64,000 nt of DNA from positions 465 to 64,464 of the forward strand of contig JAZODE010000147.1 of assembly GCA_045596885.1 (NCBI GenBank), read 5' to 3'. A program made the translations under genes and the position numbers. Source of the stretch: Victivallaceae bacterium (GTDB lineage Bacteria > Verrucomicrobiota > Lentisphaeria > Victivallales > Victivallaceae). Positions 8,940 to 20,400 of this stretch are shown here, piece by piece; position 1 is the first letter of the stretch; every line of letters begins with the position of its first letter. The notes under the pieces are model-generated. The model did no database searches. It saw nothing but the letters and a program-made list of their open reading frames with translations, and was not told the origin of the DNA.

Positions 8940-9819
8940 CAAGTCCTGCGACAATGGCTCCCACACCTGCCAACCGCACAGGAGGACACTTCTCTTTGAG
9001 GATGAATATTCCCGCTGCCACCCCCAGAGGCAGACTCATCTGACGGAATGCCTGCACATAGCTTACATTGGAAACCAGAGGCATGGCAAGGACCACCAGT
9101 ATGTAGGCAGAAGAGGAGCAGATCCCGCAAATATGGGGCGTCCACGAACGGAAGAGCAGCTGTTTCAGACTTTCTCTTTCGCTCTTCAAAGTGAAAACAT
9201 AGAGGGAGAGCCCCGTTGTGATCCCCAATTCCAAAAGAGAAATAAAAGCTCCCGTTGCCGCAAGGTGCGGACCTTTGGTATGGGCGAGGATCTGAGGGAT
9301 CAGCAAACCGTCAAAGATGGTGTATCCCGTTGTGCCGCAGGCGGCAAGGATCATGTATCCCAGAACCGGTGTCATGTAATTGCGCCAGCTGAACTGGGAA
9401 AACTTCTGCAAAGGCATGAGAAGACACCCGGCAAAGACAATAAAGATCCCTGCCACGGCAGTACCGTTCAGAGGTTTTCCGATGCCGAAAAGAGAGGTCA
9501 CTCCCGCCACCAGCAGCACCGGCAGCGCCCGCACCATGGGGTAGGCAAGAGAAATATCCGCACTCCTGTAGGTCTTGAACAGCCCGATGAAATAAAGGAT
9601 CTCAGAAGCAATGCTCAAAAGGACAAAACACCAGAACTTTGCCCCCAGAGCCCCCCAGTCGATCCCCGCAAAAAAGACACAGGGAAAGTAGAGCAGAAAA
9701 GAGGTCACAGAGGTCAGCAGATAAAATGCCGCCGTCGGCTGACTTTTCTTGCTGATGAGATTCCAGCCCACATGGAGAAATATGGAAAGCAGTATCAGCC
9801 AGAAAGCGGAAAGAGTCAT
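8920..9819 (-). CDS. DMT/EamA-like permease
   Basis: About 10 TM helices and an EamA-like N-terminus. Last gene of a same-strand gene string. Confidence 0.6.
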   Translation of the reverse strand: MTLSAFWLILLSIFLHVGWNLISKKSQPTAAFYLLTSVTSFLLYFPCVFFAGIDWGALGAKFWCFVLLSIASEILYFIGLFKTYRSADISLAYPMVRALPVLLVAGVTSLFGIGKPLNGTAVAGIFIVFAGCLLMPLQKFSQFSWRNYMTPVLGYMILAACGTTGYTIFDGLLIPQILAHTKGPHLAATGAFISLLELGITTGLSLYVFTLKSERESLKQLLFRSWTPHICGICSSSAYILVVLAMPLVSNVSYVQAFRQMSLPLGVAAGIFILKEKCPPVRLAGVGAIVAGLVIAALK

Positions 9820-9822
9820 TTT

Positions 9823-11811
9823 TTATTTCCGTTTCAGTATGGCGTATCCGGCTTTTTCAGGGAGTGTGATCCTGCCTTGAGCAAACTCTGCTTTGCCTGC
9901 CAGCAGTTCCCATTCGCCTTCATAATCAAAGCTGGAATTCTCACAGGCGTGACCGCGGAAGAGGGAGATAAATTCATCTCTGCCATTTTTCCGGGAAACA
10001 AAACCGCTCAAAGTTTCGGCGCCGGGTTCATCGCCCACAGGGGAGATGATACCGGCAAAGATCTCTTCACGGTATTTTTTGTGGAGTGCGATCATCTTTG
10101 CTGAAAGTGCCCGGTGCTCCTGTTTCACCGTTGAAGGAGCAAACCAGAGCAGAGGATTGCCGAAAAAGGAAACAGCGAACCAGAAATCCCAGGGGTAGAC
10201 ATTGGGGTTCACCTCGTTGCGGGATCTGTAAAATTCGTCATTGACATCGCAGCAATAGGGCACCTCAAGCTGCAGGTACTGGAGTCTTACATATTTGGCA
10301 AGATTCCATGCGTTCCGCAAAGTCCGCAAGGGATGGTAGCCAGTGCCCCACAGATGGCAGGCGTAACGGTTTTCAAGGAAGAGATTGCCGTACTCCAGAA
10401 GTTTGAAATATCCGCCCCGCATACCGGCAGTCACATCCAGATTGCAGAAGATCTTTCTGCCGCTTTCCAAACTGACAGTTTGAAGCAGCTTTTCAAAGTT
10501 CTGCTCGGCGCGGTAGTTGGAAAAGAAGGCGCCGTCGATCTTGAAAAGTTCAAATCCGTAGCGGCGGTGAAAATCAAGAACAAGCTCTGCGAACTCCCGG
10601 TAGTCCTCATACCTCCTGGTCAAACTGGGCGCGATCCAGAGAGCCAGTTTGATCCCCTGTTCCTTTGCCAGAGCCACCAGTGAATCAAAGCTGCCGCCCT
10701 CCACCTTCTCCGGATTGATGCTCCAATAGTCACGGAGCACCACATCTTTGTTCATGTAGCACAGATCCCCCAGACATCCATTCTGCCAGCGGTCATCGAC
10801 CTGATAGCTGTCAGCACCGCACTCGGCGGCACCTCTGACCTCATCGGCAAGGAATCGGGGATTGAGGAGTTCTCCGAATTTGCCGCAGCCCCAGGCGTTG
10901 CAGACCACGCCGTAGCGCTCTTTACCGTAATTGAACCGGGTACGGCAGTAATTTTTCAAAAGCTCATTCTTTTCTTCAGCACTGTGATAGATACCCACGG
11001 CATTGCGGTATGAAACGATCAATTCACCAGGAACAAGTTCATCGTGATTGATGCCCCAGCCGGCGCTGAGGAGATCACCCTGATTTGTCAGACGGAAATC
11101 GTATGTTTCGATCTCACGCCGTTCCGTTGACGGGGGAGCCTCCTGCAAAATCATGAAGCCTTCGCCTTTTTCATCTTCGCAGAAAACCAGATTGCCGTTG
11201 TATTCGGTCACATCGTCGCTGATCTTGTGCTCTCTGACCGGGCGGTCGTGAACATCGGTGTGTCCGGCAAACTCCACCGCCATGACAGGTTTGAAACCCT
11301 CTGCAGGGTGTACTGTTTCAACGATGGGCTCGTAACGGAATTTCCCTTTGCCCTTGTACATGAAGTCGTAATACTCCTGCCGCAGCCCCGGTCGGCTGTT
11401 GAAAAAGTGGTCAGGGATCACAGCCAGCTGTACCGTGTTCCGCATACCATACATGGCGATGCCGGGATAAAGGTAGAATTCCCGGGAAAGCCGGGTGTGG
11501 CTGAAATCATCAAAGTAACGCATGGTTACAAGAATATGATCGCTCTCAAAGGGAAGATCTTTTCTGACCACGGCATTGACCGTTTCAAGATGCCATGCTT
11601 TGAATTCGCTTTGAAAAGCATATCCGTAAAGGTCGAAATCAAACTTTTCAGCGCTCTCTGCGGCAAAGATCCTGCCGCAGCTGTCTTTCATCTCAACAGT
11701 ATGGAGCAGCGGGGTCTCCAGAGAGTAGCTCCGGGAGTAACCGGCGTTTGAAAAGGTCAATCTGACATCATCCCAAATGACTTTCACATCCTGAAAAATC
11801 ACTTCGTGCAT
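9823..11811 (-). CDS. GH36/GH27-like glycoside hydrolase (alpha-galactosidase fold)
   Basis: Melibiase-like core (CNAWGCGKFG...ADSYQVDDRWQ). The ATG at 11811 is preceded by an AAGGAG SD. The track ORF extends to 11874, overlapping the GT9 gene. Confidence 0.65.
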   Translation of the reverse strand: MHEVIFQDVKVIWDDVRLTFSNAGYSRSYSLETPLLHTVEMKDSCGRIFAAESAEKFDFDLYGYAFQSEFKAWHLETVNAVVRKDLPFESDHILVTMRYFDDFSHTRLSREFYLYPGIAMYGMRNTVQLAVIPDHFFNSRPGLRQEYYDFMYKGKGKFRYEPIVETVHPAEGFKPVMAVEFAGHTDVHDRPVREHKISDDVTEYNGNLVFCEDEKGEGFMILQEAPPSTERREIETYDFRLTNQGDLLSAGWGINHDELVPGELIVSYRNAVGIYHSAEEKNELLKNYCRTRFNYGKERYGVVCNAWGCGKFGELLNPRFLADEVRGAAECGADSYQVDDRWQNGCLGDLCYMNKDVVLRDYWSINPEKVEGGSFDSLVALAKEQGIKLALWIAPSLTRRYEDYREFAELVLDFHRRYGFELFKIDGAFFSNYRAEQNFEKLLQTVSLESGRKIFCNLDVTAGMRGGYFKLLEYGNLFLENRYACHLWGTGYHPLRTLRNAWNLAKYVRLQYLQLEVPYCCDVNDEFYRSRNEVNPNVYPWDFWFAVSFFGNPLLWFAPSTVKQEHRALSAKMIALHKKYREEIFAGIISPVGDEPGAETLSGFVSRKNGRDEFISLFRGHACENSSFDYEGEWELLAGKAEFAQGRITLPEKAGYAILKRK

Positions 11812-11845
11812 TGTAAAATACTCCTTAAAATTTGCGTTCCGGAAC

Positions 11846-12946
11846 TCACTTGAGAACTTTTTGCATTTCCTCAATGATAGTGTCAGTACTTACTTGTTCC
11901 ATACATTTTTTGTGTCCGAAAGGGCAAACATGCTTAAAACAGGGGGAACACTCTGTTCTCTCTGACAAACAAAGCCATTCAGAAGAAATGGGACCTGTGG
12001 CAGTGGGATCCGTGGAACCGAAAATGGCGATCCCCGGTTTTCCGAGAGCCGCCCCCAAGTGCATGATACCGGAGTCATTGCAAATCATAAAACGGGAAAA
12101 ACGGATGAGCATCATAAGCTCCTGCAGATCCGTCATGCCGCACATATTGACACATTTTTCAACGGGAAGTCCATGGCAGACAGCGTCTCCGGTATCAGTT
12201 TCAGATTTGCCCCCCGCCACGACCACCACGCCGCCGTTTTCTATCCACCAGCGTGCCAGAGTGTTATATTTGTCATTGCCGTAACATTTGGCATCGCCGT
12301 AAGCGGCACCGGGACCCAGCAGCAGCATTTTCGGATGTTCACACCAGCGCCAGATCCGCTGTTTGGATTCATCGCCGCAGCGGGTGAACTGGAATTCCGG
12401 CAGAGTGACACCATCCCACGCAGGTGCTCCCAGTGCCATGGCAATGGCAAGATAGCGTGAACAAAGATGCTCCTGCGCTCTGACACCGGGGATCTGCTGC
12501 CGTTTGAGCTTGAAGGCTTTTGAAAGCAGTATGGAGCGCCCCCGGGCTGCTGCACCGTAAATGCGGGGCACTCCCGCCAGGCGCATGGCGATGGGATCGC
12601 GGGGGGAGTTGTTGAAAAGAACGCCCACGCCTGCCCTGAGCCTTTTCACATCGCGGATATCGCGGAACGTCCAATTTGCGTGAGTTTTTCTGAGTCCCAC
12701 AAACCCCGCGACCACAGGAAGTTCCGCATAGAACTGTCTGAACATCTCAGGCGCCGCCACAAAAAGTCCGCAATGCTCCGGCAGAAGTTTGCTCAAGGCA
12801 CAAAGCGCCGGCAGCGCCATAACAGCATCCCCCAAATGGTTGGGCATACGCACCACCATACCGTTGCGCCAGATCCCGGGATCAAGGGCAACAGTTGGCA
12901 ATCCATACTCTGCCGGATCATTCAGAGAAAATCGCAATATTTCCAT
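11846..12946 (-). CDS. GT9 glycosyltransferase (ADP-heptose:LPS heptosyltransferase-like)
   Basis: Motifs MPNHLGDAVMALPAL and NDSGIMHLGAALGKPGIAIFGSTDPTATGP, typical of the RfaF/RfaC family. Confidence 0.85.
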   Translation of the reverse strand: MEILRFSLNDPAEYGLPTVALDPGIWRNGMVVRMPNHLGDAVMALPALCALSKLLPEHCGLFVAAPEMFRQFYAELPVVAGFVGLRKTHANWTFRDIRDVKRLRAGVGVLFNNSPRDPIAMRLAGVPRIYGAAARGRSILLSKAFKLKRQQIPGVRAQEHLCSRYLAIAMALGAPAWDGVTLPEFQFTRCGDESKQRIWRWCEHPKMLLLGPGAAYGDAKCYGNDKYNTLARWWIENGGVVVVAGGKSETDTGDAVCHGLPVEKCVNMCGMTDLQELMMLIRFSRFMICNDSGIMHLGAALGKPGIAIFGSTDPTATGPISSEWLCLSERTECSPCFKHVCPFGHKKCMEQVSTDTIIEEMQKVLK

Positions 12947-12971
12947 GAAAAATTCCTGTTTTTCCGCCGTT

Positions 12972-13319
12972 TTATTTTTTGAAGATAAAATAGACAGCGC
13001 CCGCCATGCACAGAGCCGCCCAGAGATAGTTCCAGCGCAGGGACTCTTTCATGTACAGCAGAGAAAAGGGGACAAACACAGACAATGTGATGACCTCCTG
13101 CAATATCTTCAGCTGAGCAAGAGAAAGTCCCCCATCGTGTCCGATGCGGTTGGCAGGGACCTGGATCAGATACTCAAAGAGAGCGATCCCCCAACTGATG
13201 AGGGCGGCAATGATCCACGGCTTGTTGTTGAGGTTTTTCAAATGCCCGTACCAGGCAAAGGTCATAAAGCAGTTTGAAAGCACCAGCAAGCCGATGGTTT
13301 TGACTAAAATCCAATTCAT
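12972..13319 (-). CDS. Small DMT-superfamily membrane protein (DUF486-like)
   Basis: 115 aa with 4 TM helices. The N-terminus (SNCFMTFAWYGHLK) resembles the DUF486 family. Confidence 0.7.
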   Translation of the reverse strand: MNWILVKTIGLLVLSNCFMTFAWYGHLKNLNNKPWIIAALISWGIALFEYLIQVPANRIGHDGGLSLAQLKILQEVITLSVFVPFSLLYMKESLRWNYLWAALCMAGAVYFIFKK

Positions 13320-13335
13320 ATCTCAAAAAAACGCT

Positions 13336-14283
13336 TTACAGTGAAGCTCCGCATTTGATGGCAGTTGCCCGTGCGGTTTCACGGATCGCTTCCTCAGGCG
13401 TATGTTTGGGATTATAGCCCAGTTCCCGGCGTGCCTTTTCAATAGTAAAGCACATGTGGGTGGCAAAGAAACGCAGCCAGATGGCGTCAATGGTGTCGCC
13501 GTACTTGGCAAGCATATCAGGCACGCTCATGTAGTTGATCTTTGCCTTGCAGCCGATCGCTTCGGCGTTGAGCTCAACATAGCGCTTGATGGGCACGGCG
13601 TGATCAAGACAGATGTTGTAACGCTGGGAGATGGATTTCCGTGTCGCCGCCGCCAGCAGAAATGAATCAGCAAGGTCATCCACATGAATGGGCTGAAGCA
13701 GAGCCTGTCCGTCTTCGGGCAGATCAAGGACTTTTCCTTCAAGGATATCGGGAATAAAGTCCGGGCGTCTGCCGCCCAGGTTGTCAAGGGGAAGCAGATC
13801 CCCGCCGCCGGTGATATAGCAGGGACGGATCACAGTGGCAGGGAAACCGGTCTTGCCGAAAAGCTCCATAACAAGGTTGTCTACCAGTGCCTTTGATGCC
13901 CAGCCGGATTTGTCGTCAAAACCGCCGTAGGGAGCCGTTTCATCGCAGGGGATGAAGGGCAGCGGGGCGTATCCGCCGGTAGAGGAGCAATGGATATAGT
14001 GCTCCAGATTACTCCCGGCAAAGTTGTGGATATGGTTGATGGAGTCAACATTGGGGACCGTGTCGATGATGATATCGTAATTTTCAGCCAGGATCGAACG
14101 CATCGCCTCTTCGGACTTCTTGTCTGCGGTGATCCTGCGGATCTTGCCCAGACGCTCAGCAAAGACCTCCCGGTTTTTGCTGCCCCGTGAAACCACAGTC
14201 ACATCACAACCGGCGTTGGCAAAGTTCAAAGCGACCTTATGCCCCAGCCATCCGGTTCCGCCAAAAACAATCACTTTTTTCAT
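13336..14283 (-). CDS. NAD-dependent epimerase/dehydratase (SDR family)
   Basis: Rossmann motif VFGGTGWLG at the N-terminus. Extended-SDR length. Confidence 0.85.
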   Translation of the reverse strand: MKKVIVFGGTGWLGHKVALNFANAGCDVTVVSRGSKNREVFAERLGKIRRITADKKSEEAMRSILAENYDIIIDTVPNVDSINHIHNFAGSNLEHYIHCSSTGGYAPLPFIPCDETAPYGGFDDKSGWASKALVDNLVMELFGKTGFPATVIRPCYITGGGDLLPLDNLGGRRPDFIPDILEGKVLDLPEDGQALLQPIHVDDLADSFLLAAATRKSISQRYNICLDHAVPIKRYVELNAEAIGCKAKINYMSVPDMLAKYGDTIDAIWLRFFATHMCFTIEKARRELGYNPKHTPEEAIRETARATAIKCGASL

Positions 14284-14310
14284 AATTTCACCTTGGTTAT
14301 TCAGTTCAAA

Positions 14311-16179
14311 TTACTTTCCGGCTTCGACCAGATCCTGGATCTCATCCAAATCGGTAAGAGCGAGGATGTTGAAGATACCCATGGACTGAGGCAACATATC
14401 TCTGGGGGAAAGAGCTGAGTCTTTCCAGGTGCGGACACGGTGTCCGAAATCAGGAGTGATCTCTTCGTCAGTCAGGAACGCCGCCAGCAGAGCGGGGATC
14501 TGACCGATGCCGGAGCTGGTCAGCAGGATCTTCTTGTTTCCGTAAGCCTTGAGGAGCTTGATGGCGCAAAGCACATCGTAAACGCGGCTGCCCAGCATAC
14601 ACTCGTTGCGGAGCAGTGCCAGAGAGGAGAAATGATAATCGTAGGTGTAGTAGGCAAAAAACTCTCTTGAGCCCTGATCGCAGCCGTCAGGGGTATTTTC
14701 GCCGACGCCGCGATAGTCGAATCCGTAGAGTTTGCGGTTCTTGGGGACCTCACGGGTCTTGAGTTCATCCTGGCTGCTGATGTTGGGGATGTAAAGCTCT
14801 GCCACATCGGATTCGGGGATATGCTGATAGGAAGGCAACTCATCCATGAGGGAAAGGGTGCAGATCAGATGCTCTTCAGTTTCCACACCGTAACGGCTGA
14901 ATCCTCTTTTGGCTTCGGGGAAATATTTGCCCCGGAGCTGACGGTAAGAAGGCACCTTGACCTCACCGATACCCAAAGCTTTTTTCAGTTCGGCACGGAG
15001 TGCATCAGGAGAAAGTTTGGGCCGTTTGGCAATAGTGGCAAGGGTACGCTCAGCAATAAAATCATTGACGGTTTTGGAACCGGGGATATTGAGAGAGCTG
15101 CTGCCGGGGGCACAGGTCAGTTCCTCGATGGTAAAGTACTGATTTTCAGGTTCTTTGTCATCGGCATCCAGATTGAAATTTTTGCCGAAAAATCCGTAAG
15201 CGGCTTCACGGTTGTGGATGGAATATCCGTGGTTGGTGGGACCGACGAAAAGCCCCACATTCTCTTCCTTGCCCAGCAGAGCGTAGATCTTTTTCACCTC
15301 TTCATAGACCTCACGGGTCCCGCGGATATCAAAGAAGTCGTTCTTCTGTCCCAGGATCAGCAACGGACGGGGCGCCTGAGCGATCAGGAAGTCCGCCATT
15401 TCTCCGCCATCGGCAGCCACGCCGGGAGGGATCTGTTCACCGTCCACGGGGAGTTCGTTTTCAACGTTACGCACCCAGCGGGTGATATAGCAGCTGGGAG
15501 CAGCAGCAGTGAAACGGTCATCAACACCTGCCACCAGAGTGGTGAGAGTACCGCCGCCTGAGTTACCGGTCACACCGACTCTTTCGGGATCGACCTCTTC
15601 ACGGCTCAGCAGATAATCAAGTCCTCTGACCGCATCATAGACACGCCAGGCGCCGATATTGTCACCGGAAAGAAGCATACGGCGGTTGAAAAGATTGTGC
15701 TCCCGCACATTGTGCAAAGTTTCCTCGTAGGGATACTGCCGTCTTTCGCCCTGACCAATGGGGTCGATGCCCAGCACCACACATCCCTTGCGGCAGAGAG
15801 AGATCATCACAGCCTGATAAGTATCGCTGAACTTGCCTTCAAAGGCATGTCCGCAGAGAAAGACCACGCCGGGAACTTTGCCGGTGCGTTTTTTGGGGAT
15901 ATAGAGGTTGGCGCAGACAGGAAAGTCGGGACGGCTTTCATAGATCACATTCTCGACGATGAAATCTTCACGCTCAGTGGTTTTGGTGATACGCGCCTTG
16001 AGATCGCAGCGTTCAGCGGGGAAATCGTATGCTCCGGCAATGCGGGCACGGACTTTGGCAATAAACTTTTTGGCATCTTCTGCACTCTTGAGAGAATCGA
16101 TCTCAGCTTTGCGCTGAGCATCATTTTCCCGGAATTTTTTCACATAGTATTCCTGGATCAAATCGCCGAAGTTTGACAT
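14311..16179 (-). CDS. Alpha/beta-fold hydrolase (acetyl-esterase/dienelactone-hydrolase-like) with extra C-terminal domain
   Basis: Nucleophile elbow GNSGGG within a typical alpha/beta context. 622 aa. Confidence 0.7.
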   Translation of the reverse strand: MSNFGDLIQEYYVKKFRENDAQRKAEIDSLKSAEDAKKFIAKVRARIAGAYDFPAERCDLKARITKTTEREDFIVENVIYESRPDFPVCANLYIPKKRTGKVPGVVFLCGHAFEGKFSDTYQAVMISLCRKGCVVLGIDPIGQGERRQYPYEETLHNVREHNLFNRRMLLSGDNIGAWRVYDAVRGLDYLLSREEVDPERVGVTGNSGGGTLTTLVAGVDDRFTAAAPSCYITRWVRNVENELPVDGEQIPPGVAADGGEMADFLIAQAPRPLLILGQKNDFFDIRGTREVYEEVKKIYALLGKEENVGLFVGPTNHGYSIHNREAAYGFFGKNFNLDADDKEPENQYFTIEELTCAPGSSSLNIPGSKTVNDFIAERTLATIAKRPKLSPDALRAELKKALGIGEVKVPSYRQLRGKYFPEAKRGFSRYGVETEEHLICTLSLMDELPSYQHIPESDVAELYIPNISSQDELKTREVPKNRKLYGFDYRGVGENTPDGCDQGSREFFAYYTYDYHFSSLALLRNECMLGSRVYDVLCAIKLLKAYGNKKILLTSSGIGQIPALLAAFLTDEEITPDFGHRVRTWKDSALSPRDMLPQSMGIFNILALTDLDEIQDLVEAGK

Positions 16180-16230
16180 TTTTACTTTTCCTTGGTATAT
16201 TGTTTGTGTTTGTTTACGGTATTGTTGCTA

Positions 16231-16259
16231 AATATACCATCTTTTCATCTACAATGCAA
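16231..16259 (-). promoter_or_regulatory. Putative promoter of the 16179..8920 gene string
   Basis: Minus strand TTGCAT, 17 nt, TATATT. Confidence 0.55.
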
Positions 16260-16309
16260 GTCAAAGTTGCCCCTTTTCGCAAACATAATGAAATTAATGC
16301 CAGACCCCC

Positions 16310-16338
16310 TTGCAATATTCCCTCAGTTGAGCTATATT
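16310..16338 (+). promoter_or_regulatory. Putative promoter of the 16415..21578 operon
   Basis: TTGCAA, 17 nt, TATATT. Confidence 0.55.
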
Positions 16339-16414
16339 TATCTGTAGGTCACACCAAAATCAACTTTGCCGGAGTAAATTTTCAGCAAAGTAAAAATCCG
16401 GATCATGAATTATT

Positions 16415-17479
16415 ATGGAAAAATATCAAAAAAAATTTACAGATTGTAACGGCAACGAATGTAAAGTCACCTGGCTGCGGATCAAAGGCAACAGACCGGG
16501 TCCGGTGCTTTCCATCGTCGCCGGACAGCACGGAATGGAACATGTCGGTCCCGGGATCCTGCCGGAATTTGCAGAAGAGATGGCTTCCGGAGATTTCGCA
16601 GGAGAACTGCGGATCTGCGCCAATGCCAACCCCTTTGCGCTCCTCATGGATTACGAATTCTACCCCGAAAAAGAAGATTTGAGCAAGATCAAAGATTACT
16701 ATTACTCCATCTTCCGCCACAACTACTGTCCCTGGGGACTGGGCAGAGACCAAGCCCAGACCCTTTACAACATGAACCGCCTCTGGCAGCGGGAAGGCGA
16801 CCACGGCGTGGCAGGCAGGATCACCGCATGGCTCTGGCAGGAAATGATCGAAGGCAGCCACATCGTCCTTGACCTTCACGGGCATCAGCACCCGGCGCTG
16901 ATCTACTCCGGCGCGGGCACAGACTTTGTTCTTTCCGCCATGCCGGGGATCCCCAAACTTGAAATGGAAAATCCCGATCCTGACAACTGGAGCGCAGGAG
17001 ACCTGACCCATCAGGCATACCTTGCCGGAATGAAATCTCTCTGCTTTGAATTTTCGGTCCAGCACGCCCGGGGCGAATTTGAATTTGAAGAGGGTAAAAA
17101 CTATCTGCGCAATATCATGAAGGGCATCCGTATGCTTGAGGGTGAGATCATCCACGATCACGATGTCTGGAAGGTCCCCTTCGATCCTGCAGAAGACAGA
17201 AAAGGCTTCGTCTACGCCGAACACACCGGGCGCATACGCTTTTTCAAAAAGCAGAACGATGAGGTGCAGAAGGGGGATCTGCTCTTTGTCATCCGCGATG
17301 TGGAAACAGGAGAAGTCCTTCAGGAAGGGCGCGCTCCCCGCTGGGGCATCGTCGGCACTCTTCCCCATATCGTCATAACCAAACCCGGCATGTTCTGCAC
17401 ATACGTCCCCATTCCGGAGCTGCTGCTCAAGGCAGGAACTCCGGCAGCCAAATATGAAGAAAACTGGTGGTTGAAATGA
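16415..17479 (+). CDS. Succinylglutamate desuccinylase/aspartoacylase-family zinc deacylase
   Basis: Motifs VAGQHGMEHVG (HxxE zinc site) and LDLHGH. AstE/AspA-like length. Confidence 0.7.
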   Translation: MEKYQKKFTDCNGNECKVTWLRIKGNRPGPVLSIVAGQHGMEHVGPGILPEFAEEMASGDFAGELRICANANPFALLMDYEFYPEKEDLSKIKDYYYSIFRHNYCPWGLGRDQAQTLYNMNRLWQREGDHGVAGRITAWLWQEMIEGSHIVLDLHGHQHPALIYSGAGTDFVLSAMPGIPKLEMENPDPDNWSAGDLTHQAYLAGMKSLCFEFSVQHARGEFEFEEGKNYLRNIMKGIRMLEGEIIHDHDVWKVPFDPAEDRKGFVYAEHTGRIRFFKKQNDEVQKGDLLFVIRDVETGEVLQEGRAPRWGIVGTLPHIVITKPGMFCTYVPIPELLLKAGTPAAKYEENWWLK

Positions 17480-20400
17480 AAAAATATATTCTTCTTTTAC
17501 TCCTTGCAGCCCTCTCTCTCGGAGCGGCAGAGCTTTTTGTAGGTCCCCAAGCCCAATATAAAACCATTCTTTCCGGCATCAAAGCCATGAAGCCGGGAGA
17601 CACCCTGACCATTCTCCCCGGCGTATACCGTGAATCCATTGAATTTGCCAATCTGGGTTCAAAGGATAAGATCACCACGATCCGGGCAAAATATCCCGGA
17701 ACCGTACTTCTCAAGGGCGACAAAGAAGCTCCGCCTTTCAAACTGCTCCCCGGCACCCGTTTCACCTACGTCACCGACTGGAGCGGCAATGTCAATGCAG
17801 TCAATGAAAAGGACACCTTCAAGATCCTGCTCCCTGCGGCAACGCTCCGGGACCTTGAATTTACCCGCAGCCGTTACTTTTACGATGCAAAGAACAGGAA
17901 ACTTTACATCTCAAGCTCTGACGGCAAAGCGCCTTCTGAACACTTTTACACCATCTCTGTCATCAAAGCCAACGCTCTTTATCTGCAGAAACCTGTCAAT
18001 GTGGTCATTGACGGACTTATGGTCACAGGCTATTATGCCCATGAAAAGCTCAATGGTATGAGCTCCAGTGCCTACGCCATCCGTCTCAACCACCCCATCA
18101 ACAGCACCGTGCGGAACTGCAGTGCCTTCTTCAACGCCAACGGTATCCACATCGGTCACGGCGACGGCGGCACCATCGACCGCTGCACAACTTTTGCCAA
18201 CGGTTCCTACAATCCCTCTTCCGGCGGTGGACTGGTGGTGTGGTGTCCGGCGAAAAATGCGACTATCAAAAACAGTCTTTCCTTCTACAGCGCCAAGCCG
18301 GGCGGTCCCATCGGGATCCGTATTTACGGGGCTGACGCCGTCAACTGCAAAATTGAGAACTGTATCTCTTTCGGCGATGAAGCTACTGCCATCAAAGCCC
18401 GGAACATCAACAGCTGGATCATCAACTCCTACAGCCAGAATGGACTTCACTCCAACAACATCCTCAACTGCGCCGCAGCTTATGTCAATGCTTTCGGCAA
18501 GGAGGACAATCTGCTCAGAGTCGATAAGATCCGCAAGAGCGAACATGATTCCCGTTTCGCCGATCCCGAAAACTACGATTACCGTCCTCAGGAGGGTGCC
18601 GCCGAAAAGACCCGGGGGCTCAAAGAGGACAAAAAACTTTTCTTTGTCTCTCCCTTCGGCAAGGACTCCAACTCCGGTCGTTCCGTCAGAAACGCCTGGC
18701 GGACTCTTAAAAATGTCCCTGCCAACGCCACTGTCTATCTGCTCCCCGGAGCCTATGCGGGTACAGTCATCACCAAATCCGGCATAACTTTGCGTTCCCG
18801 GGGCAACGGGCAGCGTGCCGTATTCACAAGCTCTCTCACGGTCAAAGGCAGCAAAGTCACTTTGCGTGATATCAATTTCATAGGCGGCAAAGTTCTTATT
18901 TCCGGTGCCGACGCCCGTGTTGAAGGCTGCGGATTCGCCGTGCCTCTGCAGATCACCGGCAAACTCCCCACTGTCATCCACAATGCTTTTCTGCAAAAAA
19001 GTGTTCTTCCCCGTGAGACGGTGTTCCACAGCAATCTTACTCCTGACACCAAGCCCCAGCCTCAGTACGTCAATGCTCAAGGCGGGGACTTCACGGTCAA
19101 AAACTTTACCGCCTTTGCGGGACGCGGCTTTGACGGGCTCCCCGTCGGTCCCTACCGTCTGAGCCGTTCTGCCAAACCCACAGCGGTGGTCGGACCTTTT
19201 ATCCGTTCCATGAGTCCCTCTACGGTCAACATCGAATGGTGGACAGACAAGAGCGATGTCAGTTCCGAACTGCGCTGGGGTGCCGATCCCACCTGCGGCA
19301 AGCGTGTGGGCAGTTTCTGGAACGGCGGCAGCTACCACTGTGCCACCCTGACAGGATTGCGCCCCGGGAAAAAGTATTATTTCTATGTGGCTTCACGCAC
19401 CCCTCTGCGCGAGATCCACAGCAATCAGGAGCTTGATCTGCAGGATGAATTCAAGGCCCGTGAACTGGTCAAGACCTCTATTCAGGAGTTCACCCTTCCC
19501 GCCAAAGCCAAACGCAGTGCAGCAGAGTTTTTCGTTTCCGTCAACGGATCCGACAAAAACACAGGCTCCAAAGCCAAACCTTTCCGGACCATCTTCCACG
19601 CTCTTGACCAGGCAGTCGCCGGAGACACGGTGACGATCCTGCCCGGCGTCTACCGTGAGGGAGTCCGTTTCCGTGCTGGGGGCGATAAAAACGCTCCTCT
19701 GACGCTCCGTGCCGCAAAACCGGGGACCGTTGTCATTGACGGATTCCAGAAGATCCCCACAGCCATCACCCTTGAAAATGTCTCCAATGTCGTCATTGAC
19801 GGTCTGACTTTCCGGGAGATCTGCGACACCACCGGTGCCTGTATCAAGATCAACGGCAGCGAAAATATCACCATCAGACGATGTTTTCAGGATGGTCGTT
19901 CTCTGAGCTACACACCCGTCATGGTGGCGGCATACGGCACAAAAGGACTCACCCTTGAAAACTGCGTCATCATCCGCGGATTTTCCGGAGCCACCTTCTA
20001 CCGCTGTTCTGATGTGGTCGTCAGAAACTGCGTCTGGTATGTGAACCAGATACGCCACCTTTACGCCCACAGCCATCCGGAAGAGAAGATCCTGCTTGAG
20101 AACAACATCATTGTGGACAACATCCCCGGCAAACACTCTGAAGCTCTTGTTTCCGTCTACCACATTGAAGCGTTGACCATGAGGAACAACGCCTTCTATC
20201 TGCGGATGCCCCAGCAGTTCCGCGCCATTGTTTCCTACACCCGCAAGGATGGAAATCTGGCACGGCAGAAATGCAATCTTGAAATGTTCCGCAAGGCAGG
20301 GGGCAACATAACAGGAACCATCTTTGCCGATCCCCGGTTCAAATTCCTGCCCAAAGGTCTTCTCATGTTCACAACGCCTCCGGAACTCACTCAGGCAAGC

